A stretch of 59,371 nt of DNA from an archaeon. GTDB lineage: Archaea > Micrarchaeota > Micrarchaeia > Norongarragalinales > UBA97. Shown here in pieces: positions 38,977-48,777 of this stretch (position 1 is its first letter; the number at the start of each line of letters is the position of its first letter). The position numbers and the translations under genes are program-made. Below the pieces are notes generated by a model. It saw nothing but the letters and a program-made list of their open reading frames with translations. It searched no databases and had not been told where the DNA came from. The DNA is taken from contig JAGVFW010000007.1 in assembly GCA_020057405.1 (NCBI GenBank), forward strand, positions 1 through 59,371, given 5' to 3'.

Positions 38977-39489
38977 ATGAAGCTCGCGTTCATCGACGTA
39001 ACCGGCAACAAGCTAGACGCATATGAAGCCTGCACGCAATTGTGCGAGTCTCACGTGGCCGACGTAACTTTAAGCCGCATAACCGCACCAGACCTGCTAA
39101 AGGTGCCAGTGTGCGCCAAACGCGCGCTCGAGGAAGGCGCCGAGGCGGCAATCGTCTTCTACAACGCGACTGCTGAAGACAGCCACGCCCTCGACTTAGT
39201 GCACGAGAAAATTATTGACGTCGAGCTCGAGTCACGCAAGTTCGTGTTCTTCACACTCGTCTTTGAGGACGAGTGGCGTTCGCCCCAACAGCTTGCCGAA
39301 GTGGCCCAGGAGCGGCTCGCCCAATCGCTTGAGGCGCTCTTCCGTTCAGTGCATTCCGAGTCGTCGGAGCCGGTTGAGCAAGCACCCGTTCCAGAGGAAG
39401 GCTCGATGGGAATGTTCGCTCAAAACCAAGAGTCTGAAGAACAGGCGCCTGAACTCCCTCCGTCCGGTGGCGGACGCGGGCTATTCTAG
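38977..39489 (+). CDS. Divergent archaeal riboflavin synthase (lumazine-synthase fold) homolog
   Basis: MKLAFID...R.TAP....PV.AK...EEG...V.EDE...LAEVA.ER resembles archaeal RibC; acidic tail. Confidence 0.6.
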   Translation: MKLAFIDVTGNKLDAYEACTQLCESHVADVTLSRITAPDLLKVPVCAKRALEEGAEAAIVFYNATAEDSHALDLVHEKIIDVELESRKFVFFTLVFEDEWRSPQQLAEVAQERLAQSLEALFRSVHSESSEPVEQAPVPEEGSMGMFAQNQESEEQAPELPPSGGGRGLF

Positions 39490-39492
39490 ATT

Positions 39493-40269
39493 TTACTCGC
39501 TCCATTCAAGGAGCCCGCGTGCTTCGGGTGACTCGAGACCGCAAACGAATGCCACGAGCAACAGCGTGAAGCCCGAAAGGAAGGAAAGGAAGATGGCGTT
39601 TACCTTCCCAATTACCGCAAGCCACGTTATCGCCATTGCGACTATGACGAACAGGCCGATTACGAGGGCTTGGCTGTCGTGCAGTTTTGTCGAACCGCGC
39701 AGGCCGCGGCCGACTGTCTTAATCCGGCCCCGCACGCTGCCGCTAAACGGAAACAGCCAGTTCACGCCGGATGGCGTTAGCGAGTCGTGGTAAAGATGGA
39801 GGAGCGCACCTCCGACCATGCCCTCGAGGACGAGGGAAGTGATTGCAAGCGGCAGGATGTTGAAGTAACTGAACGCATTGAAGATAATTGCCCAAAAGGC
39901 GCTCGTCAAGGCGACTCCAGCAAGCGAGTGCATGAACCCGCGGTGCTTTGCCGCCTGCGAGTGCCCTGCGAGCCTTACGAAAAACGCTATCGGCTCGTAG
40001 AAGAGATAGCGGGTGACGTAGCCCACGATTTGAAACGGCGTGCTTGCTGCCCGCGAGTCTATTTTCGCGTAAGCGCCGAGCAACCCGCTGCTTTGGCGGT
40101 GTAACATCCGCGAGTCAACTGCGTCGGAGTCGGGGATGAGAACTCCTAAAAGCGTGCCGAATAAGAAGAGTGCCGCTCCGGCGGCGGTGATGTACCCCTG
40201 GTCTGCAAACGCGTAGGCGAGCGGCAGGAAAAGCAGGGCCGCGAGCAGCAGGTGGGTTTTTCCAAGCAT
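39493..40269 (-). CDS. Membrane metal-dependent hydrolase (YdjM-like)
   Basis: TH, PD.D, HRGFMHS, HL.HD.LT..G motifs. Confidence 0.85.
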   Translation of the reverse strand: MLGKTHLLLAALLFLPLAYAFADQGYITAAGAALFLFGTLLGVLIPDSDAVDSRMLHRQSSGLLGAYAKIDSRAASTPFQIVGYVTRYLFYEPIAFFVRLAGHSQAAKHRGFMHSLAGVALTSAFWAIIFNAFSYFNILPLAITSLVLEGMVGGALLHLYHDSLTPSGVNWLFPFSGSVRGRIKTVGRGLRGSTKLHDSQALVIGLFVIVAMAITWLAVIGKVNAIFLSFLSGFTLLLVAFVCGLESPEARGLLEWSE

Positions 40270-40340
40270 GTGACCTGCATTAGGTTTCTTGAGTTAAAAA
40301 AGGGTTTCGCGACCCGCGTATCGGCCGGGGGGAGGCGGCT

Positions 40341-40622
40341 CTACCTCTTGTAAGCGTCGTCGTGGTGCTCGAGGCGGTCGAACAGTATGAACCGCTCTTT
40401 CTTGAACACTCGGAAAAACAGCACGAAACTGCCTATATGCACGCGTTTGTAGTCGCTTAAGTCATGCCGCAGGTTCTTGTAGTGGTCTATCGTGCTTTCG
40501 TCGTTAAGCTGCGTTACCTGCTCGATTTTTGCAAAAACGGCCTTTGCAAGCGCGGGATTCCTCTTGGCCGCCTTGCGAAGCACTTCCTTAAGTTCGTCTG
40601 TCAGGTCAAACTTGAAGGCCAA
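40341..40622 (-). CDS. RelE/StbE-family toxin
   Basis: YKNLRHDLSDYKRVHIGSFVLFF...HHDDAY. Confidence 0.88.
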   Translation of the reverse strand: MAFKFDLTDELKEVLRKAAKRNPALAKAVFAKIEQVTQLNDESTIDHYKNLRHDLSDYKRVHIGSFVLFFRVFKKERFILFDRLEHHDDAYKR

Positions 40623-40627
40623 GTGAA

Positions 40628-40885
40628 TCAGTCCCCGGCGAGCCTACGCAATTGCGCAACGCTGGTAGTCCGAAAGCCGTGCTTTTCCACGTGCGCGTCG
40701 GTCGAACGGATTATCTTGCGCACCAGCTCGTCCTTCACTTCAGATTCGACAAACTGTTCGCCGTAAAGCTCTGCAAACTTGTCAAGCGCCTCGCCCTTGT
40801 CCTTAAGCCCGTACTTTTCCTTGACTACCCCTAGAACCCGGTTAGTCCGGTCTTTTACCTTAAGGTTGACAGTCACGAAAGCCAA
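40628..40885 (-). CDS. Antitoxin (DUF2683-like)
   Basis: NRVLGVVK.KYGLKDK.EA motif upstream of the toxin; AGGTGAGG SD. Confidence 0.8.
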   Translation of the reverse strand: MAFVTVNLKVKDRTNRVLGVVKEKYGLKDKGEALDKFAELYGEQFVESEVKDELVRKIIRSTDAHVEKHGFRTTSVAQLRRLAGD

Positions 40886-41014
40886 ATTGCCTCACCTAAC
40901 ATAAACTTAGCTCAAGTAATATTTAAACCAAACGGTGCCAAAACGGCGCGCCAATCCGGACGCGATTAACTCGACTAAAAACAATTATTTGCCTACTCCC
41001 GCACAAGCTTACTG

Positions 41015-41737
41015 ATGGAAGAGCGGTTTTGGGAACTTGACGCACTGCGCGGGCTTGCCGTAGTGGGCATGGTGGTATTCCATGCCGCGTTCGACTTGAG
41101 CTACTTTAGGGGATTTCCCTTCGACGTAACGAACGGGTTCTGGTGGCTTCTCGCGCGGGCTGTCGCAACGACTTTCGTGCTAGTGTCCGGTTGTGTGCTC
41201 GCCATCAGCTATGGAAAGGTGGCTAACGGCGGCATCCGGACGGCGTTTGACAAGATTTTCCCGCGCTCGCTAAGGATTTTCGCCCTCGCCCTCGTCGTGA
41301 CTGCCGCGACTTTTCTGTTCCTCTCGGGAAACGGCACGATTTGGTTCGGCGTGCTGCACTTCATGGCAGTCGGCAGCCTCATCACGCTGTTATTCATGGG
41401 CCTTGGGTGGCCCCAGCTGATTTGGACTGGCATCGTCATGGTTGCCGCCGGTTTTCTGCTCGAGTCAGTCACGGTCCAGACGCCCCTGCTATTGTGGCTT
41501 GGCTTGCGGCCCGCCGGCTTCTACACTTTCGACTACTTTCCCCTCCTCCCGTGGCTGGGCGTGCTGTTGTTCGGCGCGGCCATTGGGAAGAGATGGTACG
41601 GGAGCGGCGTGCGCGGCTTTCAGCTGCCAATTGGCGAAAACGGGTTGACGCGCGCACTTGCGTTCGTTGGCCGGCATTCGCTGGCGATTTACTTTATCCA
41701 CCAGCCGCTTCTTATCGGCGCTATATTGTTGGCTTAA
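41015..41737 (+). CDS. DUF1624 / heparan-alpha-glucosaminide N-acetyltransferase-like membrane protein
   Basis: R.WELDALRG.A...M..FH, FGVLH, DYFPLLPW, GRHSL.IY.IHQP. Confidence 0.88.
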   Translation: MEERFWELDALRGLAVVGMVVFHAAFDLSYFRGFPFDVTNGFWWLLARAVATTFVLVSGCVLAISYGKVANGGIRTAFDKIFPRSLRIFALALVVTAATFLFLSGNGTIWFGVLHFMAVGSLITLLFMGLGWPQLIWTGIVMVAAGFLLESVTVQTPLLLWLGLRPAGFYTFDYFPLLPWLGVLLFGAAIGKRWYGSGVRGFQLPIGENGLTRALAFVGRHSLAIYFIHQPLLIGAILLA

Positions 41738-42002
41738 GACGGGAGAGCGCGCTTCGCAGGGCCATCTCGTCAGTGCCCTTGACTAGAGTGCCGGAAACGT
41801 CGACAATGGGCACTGAGGCAGAGCCGGTCTCGCGCAAAAGCTTTTCTGCTGCAAAAGCGCTGACTGTGACGTCGACTTCAGAGAACACCGCACCGGTGGT
41901 CAAGAGCACTTGGCGCACGCGCCGGTAGTTGGGGTCAACTGGCGACCCGTAGAGCGTGATTTCCTTGCCCTTTGAGAGCATGGCGTTTTTTCCGAATTCC
42001 AT
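41721..42002 (-). CDS. Glutaredoxin-like protein lacking CxxC
   Basis: ITLYG.P....R...L....V.F.EVDV...TG..SVP...V.G...G.D. Confidence 0.7.
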   Translation of the reverse strand: MEFGKNAMLSKGKEITLYGSPVDPNYRRVRQVLLTTGAVFSEVDVTVSAFAAEKLLRETGSASVPIVDVSGTLVKGTDEMALRSALSRLKPTI

Positions 42003-42044
42003 GGTTGGTAATTAGGTGGGGCAAGCATTTTAAGGCGAGCCTCA

Positions 42045-43061
42045 GTGTCCTACAATATGCGATTCAACCCACCTGAATCGTCACTAGCCATCGGCGGCCG
42101 GACGCTTGGCCTCGACAGCGACGGCGACGTGGCATTCGTTTCTCATGCGCACTCCGACCACACTTCTTTCTTGCGCAAGCGCCACACCGTCCTTGCAAGC
42201 GAGGCGACTCTAGACTTAATTGTCGCCCGCGGCGGCCGCCGGCACGAGCCGGCAGAAGTAAAATTTGATGGGGCGAAAATTTCACTGCACGAGGCCGGCC
42301 ATGTCCTCGGCGCCAGGCAGGTGGCGGCCGAGTTTGACGGCAGGAAATTCGTTTACACGGGCGACTTTAACGCAAGCGCCTCACTCACCTGCCCCGCGGC
42401 CGAAGCGGTTGCCTGCGATGAACTGCTTGTCGAGTGCACTTTTGGCTCGCCCGAATGGGTTTTTGACGACCGATTCAAGCAGTACGCGGAGATTGCAGAC
42501 TGGGTCAAACGGCAGAAAGAGCAGGGCAATGCCGTCCTCTTCGGATGCTACTCGCTTGGAAAGGCCCAAGAGATAGTCGCCGTGCTAAACGAGTACCTTG
42601 GCGAGGCGCCGGTCGTCTCCGGCACGGTTGAAAGCGTTTGCAACGTCTACAAACGCCACGGCGTCAAGCTTGATTTTGTGAGCGGCACGAGTGCCGAAGC
42701 CGAGCGCGCGTACAATGGCGCTTTTACCGCAATCGTCCCCTCCGGCTCGCTCTCGTTTGAGACAACCTTGGCAATTAGCGAGCGTTACCGCCGACCGGTG
42801 CGGACCGCAATTGCTACCGGCTGGGCGCTGCGCAATTCGTTTGCCGGCGTTGACGCGGCATTCCCGCTAAGCGACCACTCGGACTACAATGCTCTAAAGA
42901 AATTCGTCGAGGCGACTGGCGCGAGGAAAGTTTGGTGCACTTACGGTTTTGCAGAAGAGTTCGCCGCCGAGCTGCGCCGCGAGGGCGTTGACGCGTTTGC
43001 AGTAAGCGAGGAGTCGATGCAAAAGCAGTTGGTAGAGTACGCGGGTGATGGAGTTGTCTAG
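42045..43061 (+). CDS. Metallo-beta-lactamase/beta-CASP-type nuclease
   Basis: SHAHSDH, AGHVLG, YTGD, ECTFG, YSLGKAQE, LSDHSD. Confidence 0.88.
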   Translation: MSYNMRFNPPESSLAIGGRTLGLDSDGDVAFVSHAHSDHTSFLRKRHTVLASEATLDLIVARGGRRHEPAEVKFDGAKISLHEAGHVLGARQVAAEFDGRKFVYTGDFNASASLTCPAAEAVACDELLVECTFGSPEWVFDDRFKQYAEIADWVKRQKEQGNAVLFGCYSLGKAQEIVAVLNEYLGEAPVVSGTVESVCNVYKRHGVKLDFVSGTSAEAERAYNGAFTAIVPSGSLSFETTLAISERYRRPVRTAIATGWALRNSFAGVDAAFPLSDHSDYNALKKFVEATGARKVWCTYGFAEEFAAELRREGVDAFAVSEESMQKQLVEYAGDGVV

Positions 43062-43395
43062 CGGAATTCTCTTTGTTTACTGCACTTTCTCCACCAGGGC
43101 CGAGGCAGAACGCGTTAGCGCGCTGTTGGTCAAGGAAAACTTGGCAGCCTGCGCGAATGTCATGGCGGAATGCACGAGCTTCTTTAACTGGAAGGGCAAC
43201 TTCCAGACCGGTCGGGAAACACCTGCAGTTCTAAAGACAACGGCTAAGCGCTATCCGGCTTTAGAAAAACGCATCAGGCAACTGCACTCTTACGAAAACC
43301 CGGCGATAGTCGCCCTGCCGGTAACGAAAGGAAGCAAGCCGTACCTGAAGTGGGTTGGCGATTGCTGCAAGCCTGCTGGGGCTAGTAAGCACTAG
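43045..43395 (+). CDS. cutA: Divalent cation tolerance protein CutA
   Basis: LAACAN...S.F.W.G...E...KT...HSYENP.I...YL.W. Confidence 0.92.
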   Translation: MMELSSGILFVYCTFSTRAEAERVSALLVKENLAACANVMAECTSFFNWKGNFQTGRETPAVLKTTAKRYPALEKRIRQLHSYENPAIVALPVTKGSKPYLKWVGDCCKPAGASKH

Positions 43396-43404
43396 CCTCA
43401 TTTT

Positions 43405-44898
43405 TTAGCCAGCGTATCCTGCAACGCACTGGCGGGTGGCTTGGCTCCACTGGCACTGGCCGCCAATGCATCCGCAGCCTGACGCGGTGTAGCACGCGTA
43501 CTCTGCCTTCCACTCGCAAGTGGTTATGATCGAATCCGAATTGCGGCTGCGGCACACTTGCCCGCTGCATCCGTCAACAACGCAGTCTGTGCTTGTGTTG
43601 CAAAGCACTATTGCTGTTGGAATTGGGGTCGGGAAGATGGTTGGGACAGGCGAAGGCTCGACTAACGGCAGCGAAAGAGTGCACGCTCCGGTAGCCTTCA
43701 CCCAATACCCTACGCCGGGCTCGAGTGCTTGCGAAGCAACATACCTGCTTAAGCGCGAGTCGTAGCGCCAAGGGCCGCTGGTTATCCCGCAATTGCGCGA
43801 GATGCGGTAAAAGTCAATTGATTGTGAGGGGGCGCCAATGAGGTTCCATCCTTGCACCAGGCCGACGTGGTACAGCGCCGGCGTGAGCACGCCACTGCCT
43901 TCAAATGTCATTGAGCAGCCGGCGCTCGCCCTGAACCAATAGCCCTTACCACCCGCAAGGCCGCTTGCGTCAACACGCCTGTAGGCGCCGTTGGTGTACT
44001 CCCAGAAAGAAGCGGCTGCGCAAGTGCTGTCCTTGAGCTTGACTGCAGGAAGGAGGGGTACGCTGAAGAGGTTCCAGCCGCTTGCGAAATAGATTGCGTA
44101 TGGATTGTTGCCAGGCGGGGGAGTTGGCTCGCCCGCGCCAAGGATGGCAAACGAGTCAGACGCACTCTCGAGGTGGACCGAGTACTGGCCCGACCTTGCA
44201 GGGTATTGCTCGCCAAGCCTTGTGTAGAGCTGCTGGTTCCAAGTGTGGCTTATGGTCTGGCCGGGCGACAGGTTCTTGACCTGGCACGGCCTGCCGAGGA
44301 TGGGGTTAGTGATGTATAGCTGCATCGAGTTTGAGCGCATGGAATAGAATACGCCGTCGCAATCCATGTACGAGACAACCGTGCTGCCGCCATTGTAGGC
44401 AGTGACCGCTACTTGCTCGCCGAGTGTGTAAAACTCCTCGTCAGCCCAGATGCGGATGCCGTCGCCCGACGAGGCTGGCCTGATTATGAAGTCAACGCGC
44501 ATCCCATTGAAGACGGCGTTGTACGCGCCGGGTGAGGCAAGCAGCCGCGTTCCGACTTCGTCATAGTAATTCTGGTCCCAGGTGGCGCTTGCGCTTTGGC
44601 CTGCCTGCAGTGACTTGGTAGTGCAGGGGTTGGCAAACCACCGGATGCGAGGGTCAGACAAAAGGAGTGCCTGGCCGTTGGGACCGTAGATGTCGGCGAA
44701 TATCTCGCCGTTGGTGCACTCGTTGTAGTCAATTGCGGTTGAACCGCGGTTGGTTAGGGTAAATGTGATGACCTCGCCGGGAGCGTAGGACTGTTCGTCG
44801 GTGCTGAATAGGAATGGCGCTAGTATGTTTGAGTCCGTCAGGGCTCCAGCCAATGCTGCTGCCAAAATAATGCCCAAAACAAAAAGTTTTTCCTTCAT
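43405..44898 (-). CDS. Secreted multi-domain protein with a C-terminal eight-cysteine cluster
   Basis: Signal peptide; two Ig-like repeats (W.Q...G.Y); GWNL repeats; C...GCSGQVC...TTCEW..EY.CY...C.C..G.C.W. Confidence 0.75.
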   Translation of the reverse strand: MKEKLFVLGIILAAALAGALTDSNILAPFLFSTDEQSYAPGEVITFTLTNRGSTAIDYNECTNGEIFADIYGPNGQALLLSDPRIRWFANPCTTKSLQAGQSASATWDQNYYDEVGTRLLASPGAYNAVFNGMRVDFIIRPASSGDGIRIWADEEFYTLGEQVAVTAYNGGSTVVSYMDCDGVFYSMRSNSMQLYITNPILGRPCQVKNLSPGQTISHTWNQQLYTRLGEQYPARSGQYSVHLESASDSFAILGAGEPTPPPGNNPYAIYFASGWNLFSVPLLPAVKLKDSTCAAASFWEYTNGAYRRVDASGLAGGKGYWFRASAGCSMTFEGSGVLTPALYHVGLVQGWNLIGAPSQSIDFYRISRNCGITSGPWRYDSRLSRYVASQALEPGVGYWVKATGACTLSLPLVEPSPVPTIFPTPIPTAIVLCNTSTDCVVDGCSGQVCRSRNSDSIITTCEWKAEYACYTASGCGCIGGQCQWSQATRQCVAGYAG

Positions 44899-44993
44899 TT
44901 GCTATCCCCTTCCACTACAATAGCTTGCGTTGATTTCGCTAATAAACAAAGCCAAATCATTAGCCCCCGCCTTAAGAATCAAAAAAAGTCGAG

Positions 44994-45066
44994 TGGGCCC
45001 GCGGAGAATCGGACTCCGAGTCTTCAGTGTGTGAGACTGACGTCTTAACCATTCGACTACGGGCCC
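44994..45066 (-). tRNA. tRNA-Val(CAC)
   Basis: TCAGT-CTCACAC-ACTGA anticodon arm; perfect acceptor stem; T-loop reads TCCGATT. Confidence 0.88.
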
Positions 45067-45115
45067 GTAGCTAAAATGGGGGGAACAGCGAAAGAATTAG
45101 TGGGCGCGCCAGAAT

Positions 45116-45550
45116 TTATTGGCTTTGCTCTTGGCGCTCGGCTGGAACTTCTTCCTCAACTTGCTCCTGGACTGGCGGTGCCTGGGCTACGGGAACCGGC
45201 TTGCTTGCCGCGGGGAGAGAAGGCCGATAAGCGTCGCGTGGCCGCGGGCCGTGGCCGCTTCCGCGGTTGGCGGCAAAGTTGGTGGGGTTCTCGCGCTCGC
45301 GTTCTCGGCGGCGCTCGTTCTGCTGCTTCTTCTTCTCGAAAATGCGGTTGTGCTTGCCGCAGGAAATGCAATAGCAAACTTCGCGGAAAATCGCGCGGCG
45401 GTAAGTCTCGCGCTCGGCGACCTGGTGGATTTCAAGCGGGTTGGTGAGCATTGGCTTGTCGATGTAGACTGCCTTGTCGCGCCTGACTTGCCGGCCGCAC
45501 TTTTCGCAACGCACAAGGCCTTCCTTGCCGCGTCCGCCTTTCTTTCCCAT
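45116..45550 (-). CDS. rps26e: Ribosomal protein eS26 (S26e) with low-complexity tail
   Basis: GRG...V.C..CGR.V.RDKA...YC.SC..H..I zinc-finger signature. Confidence 0.8.
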   Translation of the reverse strand: MGKKGGRGKEGLVRCEKCGRQVRRDKAVYIDKPMLTNPLEIHQVAERETYRRAIFREVCYCISCGKHNRIFEKKKQQNERRRERERENPTNFAANRGSGHGPRPRDAYRPSLPAASKPVPVAQAPPVQEQVEEEVPAERQEQSQ

Positions 45551-45597
45551 AAAATTAGTTATGTGAGGAAAGCGATTTAAATGCGTCAGCCGCGCGT

Positions 45598-46350
45598 CTA
45601 TCGGCGAGTGCTCTTGGCTTTCTTGCGCAGCCCAAGAATTTGCCCCAGCCTCACCCCGTCAAGGAGTACCGCAGTGGCGTTCTCGACGTCAAAAAGCCGG
45701 TTTTTGAAGAGCGGGCCGAGCAAGTTTTCGGGCTTTTCCGCATTGAATGCGATGCCGCCGGAGAGCTGCGAGTAACACGGGAAGACTATTGCCTTCTGCT
45801 TGCGCGTGCCGAACTTCTTGCTTGCCTTGATGCGGCCCTCAATCCAGGCTTTCTTGAATTCTTTGTGCCCAAGGGCGTCCTCAAAGAGGATGGTCGGGTG
45901 GTTGTTGCCCATGAGAAGAACGTCTGCTGCCAAAAGCGCTTTTGCTGGCCATGCGTGGCCGTGGTGCATGCCGTAAGTTTTGCCTGCGGCAGTGAAAACG
46001 AAGCCCTCGGCGGGCACTAGGGTGATGCCCGGCATGCCGTCGAGGCCAGAATCGTGATTGCCCTTGCAGACCGTGACCGCGTCTACTGCAAGTGCGGCGA
46101 GAAATTCGTGCATCATCTTTCGCTCGCGTTCGTCAAACCCCAGACAATCGTGTTTGAGGTCGCCTAGGACGATTAGCTGCCTGCACTTGAATTGGCGCAA
46201 GAGCCGGTTTAGCCCGTCCGCGACTTTTTTGGGGCGCGGGTAGAGCCGCAGGCCCTTGCGCTGGAGTTCGTATTCGATGCCAAGGTGCACGTCGCTGACA
46301 ACTAGGGCGTTGCCAATGACTGCGGCGGGGACATTCGCGATGAAGCGCAT
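45598..46350 (-). CDS. Calcineurin-like metallophosphoesterase
   Basis: SDVHLG, GDLKH, GNHD, HGH motifs. Confidence 0.88.
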   Translation of the reverse strand: MRFIANVPAAVIGNALVVSDVHLGIEYELQRKGLRLYPRPKKVADGLNRLLRQFKCRQLIVLGDLKHDCLGFDERERKMMHEFLAALAVDAVTVCKGNHDSGLDGMPGITLVPAEGFVFTAAGKTYGMHHGHAWPAKALLAADVLLMGNNHPTILFEDALGHKEFKKAWIEGRIKASKKFGTRKQKAIVFPCYSQLSGGIAFNAEKPENLLGPLFKNRLFDVENATAVLLDGVRLGQILGLRKKAKSTRR

Positions 46351-46377
46351 AAGGGAAAATAAGGAATCGGATGGCTT

Positions 46378-47670
46378 TTACTTCTTCGCCATCGTGTTCT
46401 TGAACTTCTTTGCAGCAGACTCGAGCGCGGTGATTGCGGGCAGTTCCTTGCCTTGCATGAGTTCGAGGAGCGCCCCGCCTGCTAGTGAGATGTGAGAAAT
46501 CTTGTCGGTGGGAATGCCGAACTTCTCAAAAGCCAAGAGCGTGTGGCCGCCGCCGACTAAAGTGTAGGCGCCGCTTCGGGCGACTGCGTCGAAGACTTGC
46601 CGGGTGCCGTTCTCAAACGGCTTTTCCTCGTACTTGCCGCAAGGGCCCTTGACGTAGACGGTCGCGGACTTGAGCACGATTTTTGAGTACTTGTTTGAAG
46701 TTTTGATGCCGATGTCGCCGGACGGAAGGTTGGCGACGACAAGCTGGGTTAGCAGCATTTCCTTGCGGTTACCGTTCTCGTCGGCAACTGCAAAGTCAAA
46801 CGGCGTTTCGATGAACTCGTTGTAGGCGTGGATGAGCTCTCGGACTTGCTGTAGCGCTGCAGTGAATGTCAGCTTGCCGGTAAAGCCCGACTTCTCCAAT
46901 TCCGCTATCTTAGCTTGGGGTAGTTTGTTGCCGCGCGCCATCAGGCACAGCTCGCCGATGATTCCGCTTGTGAGAATCTTGTCGACGATGCCTTTCTTGA
47001 GCGCGTAGTCCATTAGCTTGATGACTTCGTCGGGCTTGGCCCCGCCTAGGAGGTAGACGTTGGGGTGCTTGGCGTTCTCGCGCGCCTTTAGGGCGCCCTC
47101 AAACTCGTGTTCCATCACCGGACCGGCTGCTGAGGGGAGGACGGCGCAGAAGCCAACCATGCTGGCGTGGCCGCGGTGCGCGTTTGAGAACGCGTCGTCG
47201 ACGAAGAGGTCTGCAAGAGGCGCGAGTGCCTTGACTAGCGCGCTTTCTTTCGCGTGCTGTTCGGGCGTCTTCTCGACTGCCTCGTCTGCGAGGTAGCGGA
47301 CGTTGTCAAGGAGCATGATTTCGCCTGCTTTTAGGGCCGCAACAGCCTTCAGCGTCTTTTCGCCGACGACCGCCTTGTCCTCGGCAAAGAGGACTTTCTT
47401 TTCAACTAGCTTTGAGAGAATCGCCGCGTGGGACTTTAGCGAGGTGAAGTCCTTGTCGCCCTTTCGCCCCTGGTGCGCGAGTACTACGAGCTTGCAGCCT
47501 TTTGCCGAAAGCATCTTGACTGTCTCAGCGTGCGCGGTGAAGCGCGGGCCGCTCTGCACTTTCCCGCCTTCGATGGGGCTGTTGAGGTCGACGCGCAAAA
47601 GGACGGTCTTGCCGCGAAGAGTGCCGAAGTCGGCTACGGGAATTATTTGGGATACAGCCATTGGAACCAC
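46378..47670 (-). CDS. pgk: Phosphoglycerate kinase (archaeal type)
   Basis: RVDLNSP, HQGR, DAFSNAHR.HAS, GGAK, GGGH, SLAGGA. Confidence 0.95.
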   Translation of the reverse strand: MVPMAVSQIIPVADFGTLRGKTVLLRVDLNSPIEGGKVQSGPRFTAHAETVKMLSAKGCKLVVLAHQGRKGDKDFTSLKSHAAILSKLVEKKVLFAEDKAVVGEKTLKAVAALKAGEIMLLDNVRYLADEAVEKTPEQHAKESALVKALAPLADLFVDDAFSNAHRGHASMVGFCAVLPSAAGPVMEHEFEGALKARENAKHPNVYLLGGAKPDEVIKLMDYALKKGIVDKILTSGIIGELCLMARGNKLPQAKIAELEKSGFTGKLTFTAALQQVRELIHAYNEFIETPFDFAVADENGNRKEMLLTQLVVANLPSGDIGIKTSNKYSKIVLKSATVYVKGPCGKYEEKPFENGTRQVFDAVARSGAYTLVGGGHTLLAFEKFGIPTDKISHISLAGGALLELMQGKELPAITALESAAKKFKNTMAKK

Positions 47671-47679
47671 TTCCTCTCC

Positions 47680-48777
<1,098 letters not shown>

